Shown piece after piece: positions 26,130 to 39,044 of a DNA stretch of 64,000 nucleotides. The notes under the pieces were generated by a model. That model was not told the DNA's origin, did no database searches, and saw only the letters and a program-made list of their open reading frames with translations. This stretch comes from Squalus acanthias. Taxonomy: Eukaryota. The stretch spans positions 139,254,001 through 139,318,000 of the forward strand of contig CM059431.1 in NCBI GenBank assembly GCA_030390025.1, given 5' to 3'. The stretch's first letter is position 1, and every line of letters starts with the position of its first letter. Made by a program: the position numbers and the translations under genes.

Positions 26130-26198
26130 ACAGACAGGGAATCGAACCTCTGCCGCTATAAGTGAGAGCGCCGAACCTTAACCACTAGACAACTTTTA
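26130..26198 (-). pseudogene. tRNA-Glu(CTC) pseudogene
   Basis: Reverse complement GTCTAGTGGTTAAGGTTCGGCGCTCTCAC..GGTTCGATTCCC matches vertebrate tRNA-Glu. Acceptor stem lost. Confidence 0.75.
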
Positions 26199-29100
26199 AA
26201 AACTGAGACAAAACAATGCGATAATTTTAAATATAATTGATTCTATCCGTTTTGGATGCAAATTTACATTTCCTGACTCTGCTGCTAACAATGTGTTTCC
26301 CTGTATCTGTGATATTGATTCATTTACTGGGGCATCTGTCTTCATTCCAAATGTGTTTCCTTGTATCTGTGATATTGATTCATTTATTGGGGGACATCTG
26401 TCTTCATTGCAAATGTGTTTCCCCGTATCTGTGATATTGATTCCTTTATTGGGTCATCTGTCTTCATTCCAAATGTGTTTCCCTGTATCTGTGATATTGA
26501 TTCATTTATTGGGGCATCTGTCTTCATTCCAAATGTGTTTCCATGTATCTGTGATAGTGATTCATTTATTGGGGGGCATCTGTCTTCATTCCAAATGCGT
26601 TTCCCTATATCTGTGACATTGATTCCTTTATTGGGACATTTGTCTTCATTCCAAAAGTGTTTCCCTGTATCTGTGATTTTTATTCATTTATTGGGGGTCA
26701 CCTATCTTCATTCCAAATCTATTTCCCTGCATCTGTGATATTGATTCATTTATTCGGGTATCTGTCTTCATTCCAAATGTTTTTCCCCTGTATCTCAGAT
26801 AATGATTCATTTATTGGGTGATCTGTTTTAATTCCAAATGTATTTCCCTGTATCTGTGATATTCATTCGTTTATTGAGGGCATCTGTCTTCAATCCAAAT
26901 GTATTTCCCTGTATCTGTGATATTGATTCGTTTATTGAGGGCATCTGTCTTCAATCCAAATGTATAACCCGGGTTCTGTGATATTGATTCGTTTATTGGG
27001 GCATCTGTCTTCATTCCAAATGTCTTTCCATCTGTTTGTGATTTTTATTTATTTATTGGGAGTCATCTGTCTTCAATCCAAATGTATTTCCCTGTATCTG
27101 TGATATTGATTCGTTTATTGAGGGCATCTGTCTTCAATCCAAATGTATTTCCCTGTATCTGTGATATTGCTTCTTTTATTCGGGGGCATCTGTCTTAATT
27201 CCAAATGAGATCTCCTGCATCTGTGATATTGATTCATTTATTGGGTCATCTGTCTTAATTCCAAAGTCTTTCCTTGTTTCTCGGATATTGATTCATTTAT
27301 TGAGCGGAATCTGTCCTCATTCCAAATGGTTTTCCCTCTATCTCTGATAATGTTTCATTTATTGGGGGGCATCTGTCTTCATTCCAAATGTTTTTTCCCT
27401 CTGTCTGTTATTCTTACTCATTTATTGGCGGTCATCTGTCTTCATTCCAAATGTTTTTCCCTGTATCTGCGATATTGATTCATTTATTGGGGGTCATCTA
27501 TCATCATTCCAATTGTGTTTCCCTCTATCTGTGACGTTGATTCATTTATTGGGGGTCATCTGTGTTCATTCCAAATGTGTTTCCCTGATTCTGTGATATT
27601 GATTCGTTTATTGGGGCTTCTGTCTTCATTCCAAAGCTATTTCGCTGTATCTGTGATATTGATTCATTTATATGGGCATCGTTCTTCATTAAAAATGTGT
27701 TTCCCTGTATCTGTGATTTTTATTCATTTATTGGCGGTCATGTGTCTTCATTCCAAATGTGTTTCCCTCTTTCTTTGATATTGATTCATTTATTGGGTCT
27801 CATCTGTCTTAATTAAGATGGAGAGTGAAGTAGTTGACTCAGAGACTAGGGTCCTGAATTTAAATAAAGGAAACTACGATGGTATGAGGCGCGAATTGGC
27901 TAGGATGGATTGGGGAACGTTACCTAAAGGGTTGACGGTGGATAGGCAATGGCAAACATTTAAAAATCGCATGGATAAACGACAGAATTTGTTCATCCCT
28001 GTTTGGCATAACAATAAAACAGAAAAGGTGACACAACCGTGGCGAACAAGGGAAATTAGGGATAGCATAAGATCCAAGGAGAGAACATATAAATTGGCCA
28101 GAAAAAGCAGCAAACCTGAGGATTGGGGTCAGTTTAGGATTCAGCAAAGGAGGACAAAGGGATTAATTAAGAGGGGGAAAATAGACTATAAGAGTAAGTA
28201 TGCAGGGACATAAAAACTGACTGTAAAAGCTGCTATAGATATGTGAAGCGAAAAAGATTGGTGAAGTCAAGCGTAGGTCCCTTGCTGTCAGAATCAGGGG
28301 AATTTATAATGGGGAACAAAGAAATGGCAGACCAATTAAATACATACTTTGGTTCTGTCTTCACAAAGGAGGACACAAATAACCTCCCAGAGATATCGGG
28401 GAACATAGCGTCTACTGAGAGAGTAGAACTGAATGAAATCATTATTTGTAGGGAAATGGCGTTAGGGAAATTGACGGGATTGAAGGCCGATTAATCCCCA
28501 GGGCCTGATAATCTACATCCTAGGGTACTTAAGGAAGTGGCCCTTGAAATAGTAGATTCATTGCTGGGCATCTTCCAAAATTCTATAGACTCTGGAACAG
28601 TTCCCATGGATTGTAGGTTAGCTAATGTAACCCCACTATTTAAAAAAGGTGGGAAAGAGAAAATGGGGAATTATAGACCGGTAAGCCTGAAATCGGTAGT
28701 GGGGAGAATGCTAGAGTCCATTAGAAAAGATGTAATAGCAGAGCACTTGGAAAACATTGACAGGATCGGACAAACTCTATATGGATTTACAAAAGGTAAA
28801 TCATGCTTGACTAATCTACTGGAATTTTTTGAGGATGTAACTGGTAGAATAGATAAGGGACAAGCAGTGGATGTGGTGTAGTTGGACTTTCAGAAGGCTT
28901 TCGATAAGGTCCCGCATAAGAGATTAGCGTGCAAAGGTAAAGCACATGGGATTGGGGGTAAGGTACTGACTTGGATAGAGATCTGATTGGCAGACAGGAA
29001 GCAAAGTGTTGGAATAAACGGGTCTTTTTCCGAGTGGAAGGCAGTGACTAGTGGGGTACCGCAGGGATCGGTGCTAGGTACCCAGTTATTCACAATATAT

Positions 29101-29283
29101 ATTAATGATCTAGACGTGGGAACTAGATGTAATATCTCCAAGTTTGCAGACGACACACAGCTGGGTGGTGTGTGTGTTGTGAGGAGGATGCAGAGAAACT
29201 CCAGTATGATTGGGACAAGTTGGGTGATTGGGTAGATGCATGGCAGATGCAGTATAATGTGGATAAATGCGAGGTTATCCACG

Positions 29284-29492
29284 ATGCGGAGATGCCGGTG
29301 TTAGACTGGGGTAGACAAAAGTGAGAAGTTGCACAGCACCAGGTTATAGTCCAACAGTTTTATTTGAAATCACAAGCTTTCGGAGCGTTGCTCCTTCGTC
29401 AGGTGAAGTAAAGGAATTCCTTTACTTCACCTGACGAAGGAGCAACGCTCCGAAAGCTTGTGATTTCAAATAAAACTGTTGGACTATAACCT
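29284..29492. mobile_element. Penelope-like pLTR insertion forming a perfect 154-bp palindrome, 13-bp TSD
   Basis: TSD GAGGTTATCCACG at 29271-29283 and 29493-29505. Palindrome 29340-29493 centred on GGAA|TTCC. Confidence 0.85.
29427..29463 (+). ncRNA. Minimal type I hammerhead ribozyme (mirror copy at 29370-29406, minus strand)
   Basis: tcac CTGACGA a GGAGC-aac-GCTCC GAAA GC TT gtga: stem I tcac/gtga, 5-bp stem II, palindromic AGCT stem III. Confidence 0.8.
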
Positions 29493-31544
29493 GAGGTTAT
29501 CCACGTTAGTGGCAAAAACAGTAAGGCAGATTATTATCTGAACGGCAATAGATTGGGCAAAGGGAAAGTGCAACGAGACCTGGGAGTCCTTGTGCACCAG
29601 TCGTTGAATGTAAACATGCAGCTGCAGCAGGCGGTTAAGAAGGCAAACGGTATGTTGGCCTTCATAGCGAGATGATTCTAGTACAGGAGTAAGGATATCT
29701 TGCTGCAGTTGTACAGGCCCTTGGTAAGACCACACTTTGAGTATTGTGTGAAGTTCTGGCCGCTTTATCTGAGGAAGGATGTTCTTGCCATGGAGGGGTT
29801 GCAGCGAAGATTCACCAGACTGATACCTGGGATGGCAGAAATGACGTATGAAGAGAGATTGGGACTATTGGGTTTGTATTCGCTAAAGTTTAAAAGAATG
29901 AGTGGGGATCTCATTGAAACTTATAAAATTCTAACAGGACTAGACAGACTAGATGCAGGAAGGATGTTTCCGATGGCGGGGGAGTCCAGAACCAGTGGTC
30001 ACACTCTAAGGATAAGAGGTAAAGCCATTTAGGACAGAGATGAGGAGGAATTTCATCATCCAGAGAGTGGTGAACCTTTGGAATTCTCTACCACAGAAGG
30101 CAGTTGAGGCCAATTCATTAAATATATTCAAGAATGAGTTCGATATATTTCTAAAGGCTAAAGGGATCAAGGGATATGGGGAGAAAGCAGGGACATGGTA
30201 CTGAATTTGGATGATCAGCCATGATCTCATTAAATGGCGGAGCAGGTTCGAGGGGCCGAATGGCCTACTCCTGCTCCTATCTTCTATGTTTCTATGTAAT
30301 TCCAAATGTGTTTCCCTGTATCTTTGATATTGATTCATTTATTGGGGGGCATCGGTCTTCATTGCAAATGTATTTCCACGTATCTGTGATATTGATAAAT
30401 TTATTAGGGCATCTGCCTTCATTCCAAATGTGTTTCCTTGTATCTGTGAATTTTATACATTTATTGGAGGTAATCTGTCTTCAGTCGAAACGTGTTTCCC
30501 TATATCTGTGATACTGATTCATTTATTGCGGCATCTGTCTTCAATCCAAATGCCTTTCCCTGTATCTGTAACACTGATTCATTTATTGCGGCATCTTGTT
30601 TTATTCCAAATGTGTTTCCCTGTATCTTTGATATTGTTTCATTTATTGGGGCATCTCTCTTAATTCCAAATTTGTTTCCCTGTATCTGTGATATTGATTC
30701 ATTTATTGGGGCATCCGTTTTCCTCCAAATATGTTTCCCTGTATCTGTGATATTGATTCATGTATTGGGGGGCATCTGACTTCATTCCAAGTGTGTTTCC
30801 CTGTATCTATGATATTGATTCATTCATTGGGGCATCTGACTTCATTCCAAGTGTGTTTCCCTGTTTTCATTCCAAATGCATTTCCATCTAACTCTGATAT
30901 TGATTCATTTATTGGGGGACATCCGTTTTTTTCCAAATGTGTTTCCCTGTATCTGAGATATTTATTCATTTATTGTGGTCTTTGTCTTCATGCCAAATCA
31001 GTTTCCCTGTATTTGTGATAGTGATTCATTTTTTCGGCATCATCTGTTTTCATTCCAAATGTATTTCCCTGTATCTGTGATATTGATTCATTTATTGGTT
31101 GGGATCTGTTTTCATTCAAATGTGTTTCCCTGTATCTGTGATATTGATTCATTTATTGGGGGGCATCTGTCTTCATTCCAAATGATTTCCCTCTATCTGT
31201 GATATTGATTCATTTATTCGGGCATCTGTCTTCATTCCTTGTGTGTTTTGTAAGTATGTATATCTCAATATTTTACTTTTAAATTACACAAAATTACATT
31301 CATATATAGCACAGACACACACAAATACAATGAAACTAACACAGAGATAGACCCAAATGTATTCATGATTAGTACGCAAATATACCCAAGTTCATTTAGA
31401 ATTATCACAGATGCAATTATATCTATATTATGTAATATATCTCATATTAGCAAAGTACACTTTAAACTGGCACAGATAAAAAGCATCACACTCATGACAT
31501 AAACACTGACTTTATATATAAACATCACAACCGCACAGTAGGCT

Positions 31545-32445
31545 ATTAAGAAGGCGGAGGTCCATGGAATTAATGAAAAGTGCTAGTATGGAAGCGGAAT
31601 TGGCTCCGGAAGCAAAGGGTGGTGATCGATTGATGCTTTTCCGATGGGATTGTGTGTTGCAGTGCTGTTCCCCAAAGGCCTATTTTGGATTCATTTCACT
31701 TTTCAATTTTTATAAACGACCTAGACTCTAATGTAGGGAGCAGCATTATACAGTTTGCAGATGTTACAAAACTTGGCAAGGTAGTAGATAGAGAGAAGGG
31801 TAGTTGTAGAATTCAGGATGTCATAGATATAGATAGAATAGTAAAATGATCAGAAGCATGGCAGATGGAGTTCAATGCGGAGAACTGTGAAGTGATGCAC
31901 TTTGGGAGAACTAATATGGAAAGGCAGTATTCGAAAAAAAGAGCGATTTTGGAAAGTTTAGATGAGCAGAGAGACCTTGGTGTCCATATACACAAATCCT
32001 TAATGTTGGCAGGGCAATTTGATAAGGTGGTTAAAAAAGCATGTGGGTTACTTTTGTTAATAAATAGAGGCACAGAATATAAAAGCAAACAGATAATGCT
32101 AGTTATAGAGTAGACAGAGAAAAAACTATTTAATCGGGCGAGATTTTCAATAACCGGAGATCATAGATTGAAAATCATTGGCTAATGATCGAGAGAGGGG
32201 ATGAGGATATTTGTTTAACTCGGATAGTTGTCGGGATCTGAAAAGCACTACCGGAAAAGATGGTGGAAGCTGATTCCATAAATAATTTTAAAGTGATTTG
32301 GACATGTACTTGAGGATGAGAAACTTATAGGGTTACGGACAAGAAGCGGGGATGTGGTACTGAGCACGGCTGCTCTTTCTAAACAAGCACAGGCACGGCG
32401 GGCCTGATGACCTCCTCCTGTGCTGTGAGTTTCTATGATTCTATA
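31545..32445 (+). mobile_element. CR1 RT and 3' fragments, internally deleted
   Basis: FINDLDSNVGSSIIQFADVTKLG, MEFNAENCEVMHFGR, CR1 tail. Confidence 0.85.
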
Positions 32446-32759
32446 TTTACACACACTGTTTATATTTTCACACGGCCTTGTTTGCAGGTCTAACTATTGT
32501 CTACATGCCGAAAGTTTAAATGTTTTTCAGAAGCTGCTCGACATGTTGTGTATCCTGAGCAGTTTCCCAGTCTGAGTCTATAAATCATTAAGGCTGCGTG
32601 TTAAAATCACGTCGGGGTCAAAGCTCTCTTCAGCGTTGATTGGAGTCTGGATAATTCCAGAGGAATATTTTCTTTGCTTTATCGCAATAAACAGAACTTT
32701 GCTATAAAGTCTGTCTCACTAGTTCCCCGTGTCAGGGAGAGAAGCGCCAGATGCCCTCA

Positions 32760-35000
32760 TTTATTTGAACTCACTTTCGCGGGCTTTGTTCCTCAGGGAC
32801 TGGTGTCGGGAGCTGTAGCAGAGGGGCAGCACAGTGAGTATTTGAACTCACTTTCGCGGGCATTTTTTCAAAGGCTTACCAATCTCGCAATCCGGCGGCG
32901 GCGTTCCAGAGGCACGTCACGATTCAAAAAGTGACGCGCGCAAGAGGAAGCAGCTGATTGGGTGAGTACGAACAATACTGTATAGTTTGACAGTTAAGGT
33001 TAAAAGTTTATAAAGTTTAGAAGGTCTTAATTTTTCTAGTTTATAGTTTCTAAGGTCTCTGTTGTGTAGCGGGGAGCGCTAGTAAACAAGAGCCCTTGAC
33101 TATATCATTTAATTGTAGATTAATTAGTGGCATTGATCTGATTTAATTTAATTTGTATTAAAAAAAGGGTAAGTCCTGGCAGCACAGCTCGGCCGCGTGG
33201 TATGCTCCTCCTGCACTATGTGGGAAATCAGGGACACTTTCTGTGTCCCTGACGACCATGTGTACAGAAAGTGTATCCAGCTGCAGCTACTGGCAGAACG
33301 CATTGCGGCGCTGGAGCTCCGAATAGATACATACTGGAGCATTCGCGATTCTGAGGACGTCGTGGATAGCACTTTTAGGGAGTTGGTCACACCGCAGGTA
33401 AAGGCTGCACAGCCATGAAGGGAATGGGTGACCGCCAGGCAGAGTAGTAGGCGTAGGCAGGTAGTGCAGGGGTCCCCTGTGGCCATCACCCTCTCAAACA
33501 GATATACCGCATTGCATATTGTTGGGGGAGATGGCTTATCGGTGGAATGCAGCAGCAACCAACTTCCTGGCACCATGGATGGTTCTGTTGCACAGGACGG
33601 GAGGAAAAAGAGCGGGAGAGCTAAGTAATTGGGGATTCTATTGTAAGGGGAACAGATAGGCGTTTCTGCGGACGCAAACGAGTCTCTAGGATGGTATGTT
33701 GCCTCATTGGTGCAAGGGTCAAGGATGTCTCGGAGCTGCTGCAGGGCATTCTGGAGGAATTTTTTGAGTATGTAACTGGTAGAATAGATAAGGGAGAACC
33801 AGCGGATGTGCTATATTTGGACTTTCAGAAAGCTTTCGATAAGGTCCCACATAAGAGATTAGCGTGCAAAGTTAAAGTACATGGGATTGGGGGTAAAGTA
33901 CTGACTTGGATAGAGAACCGGTTGGCAGACAGAAAGCACAGAGTAAACCGTTCATTTTCCGAGTGGCAGGCCGTGACTAGTGTGGCACCGCAGGGATCGG
34001 TGCTAGGACCCCAGTTAGTCACAATATATATTAATGATCTAGACGAGGGAACTAGATGTAATATCTCCAAGTTTGCAGATGACACAAAGCTCGGTAGGCT
34101 TGGGTGCTGTGAGGAAGATGCAGAGAAACTCCAGTATGATTTGTACAGATTGGGTGATTGAGCACATGCATGGCAGATGCAGTATAATGTGGATAAATGT
34201 GAGGTTATGCACTTTGGTGGCAAAAACAGGAAGGCAGATTATTATCTGAACGGCAATAGATTGGGAAAAGGGGAAGTGAAACGAGACCTGAATGTCCTTG
34301 TGCACCAGTCGCTGAAGCAAAGTATGCAGGTGCAGCAGGCGGTTAAGAAGGCAAATGGCATGTTGGACTTCATAGCGAGAGGATTCGAGTACAGGAGCAA
34401 GGATGTCTTGCAGCAGTAGTACAGGGCCTTGGTGAGACCACACCTTGAGTATTGTGTGCAGTTTTGATCGCCTTATCTGAAGAAGGATGTTCTTGCCATG
34501 GAAGGAGTGCAGCGAAGATTCACCAGACTGATACCTGAGATGGCAGGAATAACGTATGAGGAGAGATTCGTTCGATTAGGCTTATATTCGCTAGAGTTCA
34601 GAAGAATGAGAGGGGATCTCATTGAAACGTATAAAATTCTAACATGACTAGACAGACTAGATGCAGGAAGGCTGTTCCCGATGGCGAGGGAGTCCAGAAC
34701 CAGGTGTCACAGTCTAAGGATAAGGGGTAAGCCATTTAGGACTGAGATGAGGAGGAATGTCTTCACCCATAGAGAGTTGAACCTGTGGAATTCTCTACAA
34801 CAGAAGGCAGGTGAAGACAATTCATTAAATATATTGAAGAAGGAGTTAGATATATTTCGTAAGGCTAAAGGGATCAAGGGATATGGGGAGAAAGCAGGGA
34901 CAGGGTACTGAATTTGAATGATCAGCCATGATCTCATTAAATGGCGGAGCATGCTCGAGGTGCCGAGTGGCCTACTCCTGCTCCTATCTTCTATGTTATT
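32760..35000 (+). mobile_element. CR1 with 5' UTR and ORF1 fused to the RT by a large internal deletion
   Basis: ORF1 CSSCTMW..C, leucine zipper and GDSIVRG (SGNH-esterase motif) run directly into RT EFFE.VT.RIDKGEP at ~33751-33758. CR1 3' end at ~34995. Confidence 0.9.
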
Positions 35001-35334
35001 TAATGTAACAAACAGACACAAACACACGTGTTAAGTAACGTGTTCCACACAGCTTGATAAACCCTGGCCCCTCCCCACTTCTAGCGGATCTCCCAATGCG
35101 CTTCATAGAGTTGTGATCAAAAATATGAAAGCCAAAACCAAAGGATGAGCTGTGAAGACGTCATCTCCTTTATGACTCCTCAAACCTTCTGGTTTTAAGG
35201 AGTCTCTTAAAGGAGAAGCTAGCAAGATTTGGGGAGGAAATTCCAGATAGAGAGGACAGATTATAACAGTCTATTTGTAGTGTGAAGAAAGAAGGGGATG
35301 CACAAGAGACTGGAGTCATAGAATAATTGAATCT

Positions 35335-36590
35335 TAGGATCATAGAATCTTACAGCACAGAATGAGGCCATTCGGCCCGTCCTGCCTGTGCCGGCTCTTT
35401 GAAAGAACTCTCCAATTTAGTCCCACACTCCAGCTTTTTCCCCATAACACTGCTAATTAGTTCTCTTCAAATACAGGGCCAATTGCCTTTTGAAATTTCC
35501 TATTGAATCTGATTCCACCATCCTTTCAGGTAATATATTCCGGATCTTAAAAACGTTCTTGTATCGGGATACTTAAATGGTATCAAGCCCACAGCAGGTC
35601 CCTGAATAACTAAAACGTAGAAGGAAAGCTACCACTAAGGAAGCTGCACCTCCCCATACGGAATCAGCCAGTCAATGAGGTTCTTCAGGAATAAAAAAAA
35701 TCCTTTCAGCCATTGTAAATAACAATAACAGGCTGTGCAAAGAATTCTCCCAATGGCCCCGCTCGTTATTTTGGCAATTATTTTATTCAATGAGCTCTGG
35801 TTGCCGAACCATGGACCAGAGGAAACAGTTTCTCCCGACGTGCTCTATCATAACTTTGAATACCTCTGTTAGATCGCCCTTAACCTTCTCTGCTCGAACA
35901 ATCGCAGGGTTAGTTTTCAAATACAATGGGCCGACAAGACAGCTGCAGCTAATTCCGCAAAATACAATTGCTCAGGGAAGTGAAACAATTGCTATGTTAG
36001 AAGTGACATTCGAACCGATGCCATCGGAGAAGACTGCGACCTGAACGCAGTCTTTTCCCCAAAGAGGCCCAGAGAAGGTATCACTCATTCCGGTCGTATG
36101 TAAATGCTGGAAGTCTTAGTGACCTTAAACAACATCACTTCTGTCCCACACTAAAAACTCTCAATCCTTCTCCTCCGTTGCCTTTTACAGACATTTCACT
36201 GATCGAAACCACACAAGTCACGAAGGAAATTGATTTTTTTAAGTGATTATCAATCCGGAGGAGCTCCGTAATTGTCCTCCCCCAGTCTCCTCAATCAGAC
36301 AATTCCCGCCAGCTTCCTTCACATAGAATCATAGAATTCTAGAACGAGACAGCACAGAAGGTCATTCGGCCCATCGTGCATGTGCCGGCTTTTTGGTAGA
36401 GCTTTCCAATTAATCCTGTATTATTTCCCTTCAAGTTATTACCCGGTTCTCTTTTGAAAATTGCTATTGAATCTGCTTCCACCACCCTTTCAGATAGTGC
36501 ACTCCAGATCACAACAACTCGCTGTGTAAAAAAAGGTTTTCTCATCTCGCCTGAGTTCATCAATTTCAAACTATAACCCCTGCTCCCATT
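35335..36590 (-). mobile_element. Short CR1 3' fragments (35335-35560, ~35750-35900, 36320-36590)
   Basis: Reverse-complemented CR1 tails (catagaatc..cagcacagaa) and FFTQRVV..W..L.ERVVEADS. Confidence 0.75.
35995..36050 (-). pseudogene. tRNA-Leu(CAG) pseudogene, 3' two-thirds
   Basis: Reverse complement CTGCGTTCAGGTCGCAGTCTTCTCC..GGTTCGAAT..CACTTCTAACA matches vertebrate tRNA-Leu-CAG. Confidence 0.75.
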
Positions 36591-36609
36591 TTTCATGCAG
36601 TAAGATTTT

Positions 36610-36900
36610 GCCACACCCTTTGCAACATTTTATCTTTCCTGCCTCTTACCTCAGCACAGTATATTCCTACAATTCTTCCCTCCCCTCCCACGCACCACCA
36701 ACCCCCCCCCCCCCCCCTCTCTGCACCAGCTTAATATCTGTTACATCTCCAGCTTTATCCATATCTGATGAAGGGTCCCAGACCTGAAAAGTTTACTCTG
36801 TTTCACTCTCCACGGATGCTGCCTGACCTGCTGAGTGTTTCCAGCATTTTTTGTTGTTATTTCAGATTTCCAGCGTCCGCAGTATTTTGCTATTGAATTA
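36610..36900 (+). mobile_element. Penelope-like pLTR with a degenerate hammerhead core
   Basis: CTGATGAAGGGTCCCAGACCTGAAAAGTTTACTCTG..GGATGCTGCC..; homologous to 47861-48056. Confidence 0.8.
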
Positions 36901-37004
36901 AGAGAAAGGTGTCGGATAAAGACCCATTTTCAGCGCGCTGATACTGCCGCGGAAATTCGGATCTGCGGTTCATCCGAGAGAGCAACATAAGAACTTAAAA
37001 TATT

Positions 37005-37077
37005 CGCCCAACGTGGTGTGCGAGCGCACGATCTTGAGATTAAGTGTCTCATACTCTACCGACTGAGCTAGCCGGGC
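37005..37077 (-). pseudogene. tRNA-Lys(CTT) pseudogene, full length
   Basis: Reverse complement GCCCGGCTAGCTCAGTCGGTAGAGTATGAGACACTTAATCTCAAGATCGTGCGCTCGCACACCACGTTGGGCG. Box B mutated; T4 downstream. Confidence 0.88.
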
Positions 37078-37649
37078 ATAGCAAATATTGGCGTCCTTGT
37101 CGGTTATTGCAGAGAGGCGGCTGTTGGCTCCGCCCCAGGGGTGCAGCTTCTTCTGCAATCTATGAACCGGACTCTCCTGAATTTCCAGGTGTATAAGGAA
37201 GCCAACTATCAAACCTTTCTGAAGACCAGACAGGAGTGACTTATGTTACGGAGATGGGAATATATTTTATGATGAAGAGGATATTAGCTTTGGAGGATCA
37301 GTAGAGGAATGGACTCGATGGCAAGCGGACAGAGATTGTTCCAAGGACTGAAGTCGATGGTTTTACTCTTCATACTGTTATTTTCCGCCGGTTGGTCATT
37401 CGGAAGCATGCCTCTTTCATTGTTTGTCGCACATTTCCTCAACCTGTCTGTTTACCGCACACATGTTAAATGACCGTCTGTTTTGATGGAGCTTTTAACT
37501 TTTGTGGACATCTTGGTTTGGGGATGTGACGATGTACGTCAAAACGTGCCGTGGATGGAGGTTGGGTTAATTTTCTGATAAAAAACAATCAACTGGGCCG
37601 AAACATCAGCTGCAGCTAATACAACAAAATATCAAACCTGTTACATCTC

Positions 37650-38335
37650 TATGGTGATAGGGCAGGTTGAGAAAGCGGTTAAAAAAGCATGCGGGATCCT
37701 GGGCTTCATAAATAGAGGCTAGAGTACAAAAGCAAGCGAGTTATGATGAAACTTTATAAAACAATGTTTCGGCCTCAACTGGAGTATTGTGTTCAATTCT
37801 GAGCACTGCACTTTAGTAAGGATGTGAAGGCCTTAGAGAGGGTGCAGAAAAGACTTAGAAGAATCGTTCAAGCGATGAGGGACTTCAGTTACGTGTATAG
37901 ACTGGAGAAGCTGGGGTTGTTCTCCTCAGACCACAGAAGAGTGAGAGGAGTATTGATAGAGGTGTTCAAAATCATGAGTGGTCGAGACAGAGTAGGTAGA
38001 GATAAACTGTTCTCATTGGCGGAAGGTTCGAGAACCAGAGGACACAGATAAAAGATGATTGGCAGAAGATACAAAGGCGACATAAGGGAAATCTTTATTA
38101 TGCAGCGAGTGGTTATGATCTTGAATGCACTGCCTGGAAGAGTGGTGGAGGCAGATTCAATCGTGGCTTTCAAAAGGGAATTCAATAAGTACCTGAAGGA
38201 AACAAACTGCTGGGCTAGGGGAAACGGCGGTGGAGTGGGCCTAGCTGAAGTGCTCTTGCAGAGAGCCGGCACGGGCTCGAGGGGCCGAATGATCTCCTTC
38301 TTTGCTGTAATCTTTCTATGATTCTACGATTCTAA
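37650..38335 (+). mobile_element. CR1 3' fragment
   Basis: KALERVQKR..LEKLGLFS; tail TTCTATGATTCTACGATTCT. Confidence 0.9.
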
Positions 38336-38343
38336 CTTCTCCC

Positions 38344-38380
38344 AATTCTGATGAAAGATCATCGAGCTGAAACGTTAATT
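38344..38380 (+). ncRNA. Minimal hammerhead ribozyme in a Penelope pLTR (pLTR extends to ~38480)
   Basis: aatt CTGATGA a AGATC-atc-GAGCT GAAA CG TT aatt; one stem II mismatch. Confidence 0.65.
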
Positions 38381-39044
38381 CTGTTTCTCTCTCCACAGAA
38401 GCTGCCTGTCCTGCTGAGCATTTCCACCATTTTCTGTTCTTATTTCAGATTTCCAGCATCCGCAGTGTTTGCCTTTTTTCCCGTAAATAATTTTTTGCCT
38501 TTCGATTGAAGACACGAAAAGCCGAGATAATTATTGTTTTCAACACGGCGGCTGAAAATGGCCGGGATGACACGTGACAGGAGTCCTTTCTGAATTATTT
38601 AAAGGTAGATTCTAAAAATTGGCGAGTGCTAATTTAAAATCACGGTTACAGTTTGTTTCAGTATAAAAGGAGTGGATTGAAAATAACAATAAAACGCCAG
38701 GCAGCGCCCGCGGTGAGACAGATTCGAACTCCTGATGAAGTTGGTGCTGCGAAGTAACCGCTGACCTAAAGCTGACCCCGATCAAAGGGGCAGAAAACAC
38801 TAAATATAAAGGATGAGCTCACAAATATCAGGCGCAGTGCGGGTCTGGTCAACGTCAACCTCCTCCTTTCTCATTCAATACAGGAAGAAGAGACTCAACG
38901 CGATTCAGACGGCAGAAAGATTCATAAATAGAACAAAAAAAGACGCAAATACAAGTAACACCCACTTTCCAAACATTTTCACTGTAAAATTATTTCACTT
39001 TATTTAAAAGGTTACTGCTATTAACTTGAAAATGAGCACCGAAG

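Larger units (their letters stand above)
27815..30296 (+). mobile_element. 5'-truncated CR1 LINE inside the satellite
   Basis: [16 protein letters not shown] and FADDT motifs plus a CR1 tail. Probable TSD TAATT at 27810-27814 and 30297-30301. Confidence 0.95.
26290..31240. repeat. 59-61-bp satellite, ~40 copies, split by a CR1 insertion
   Basis: CCAAATGTGTTTCCCTGTATCTGTGATATTGATTCATTTATTGGGGCATCTGTCTTCATT at 26290-27814 and 30297-31240. Confidence 0.95.

Noticed and set aside
26237..31202. Repetitive hydrophobic ORFs (CFPVSVILIHLLG)
   Set aside because: Translations of the 60-bp satellite.
38695..38745. Box-B-like GAGTTCGAATC on the minus strand
   Set aside because: No box A or cloverleaf; cannot be assigned to a tRNA.
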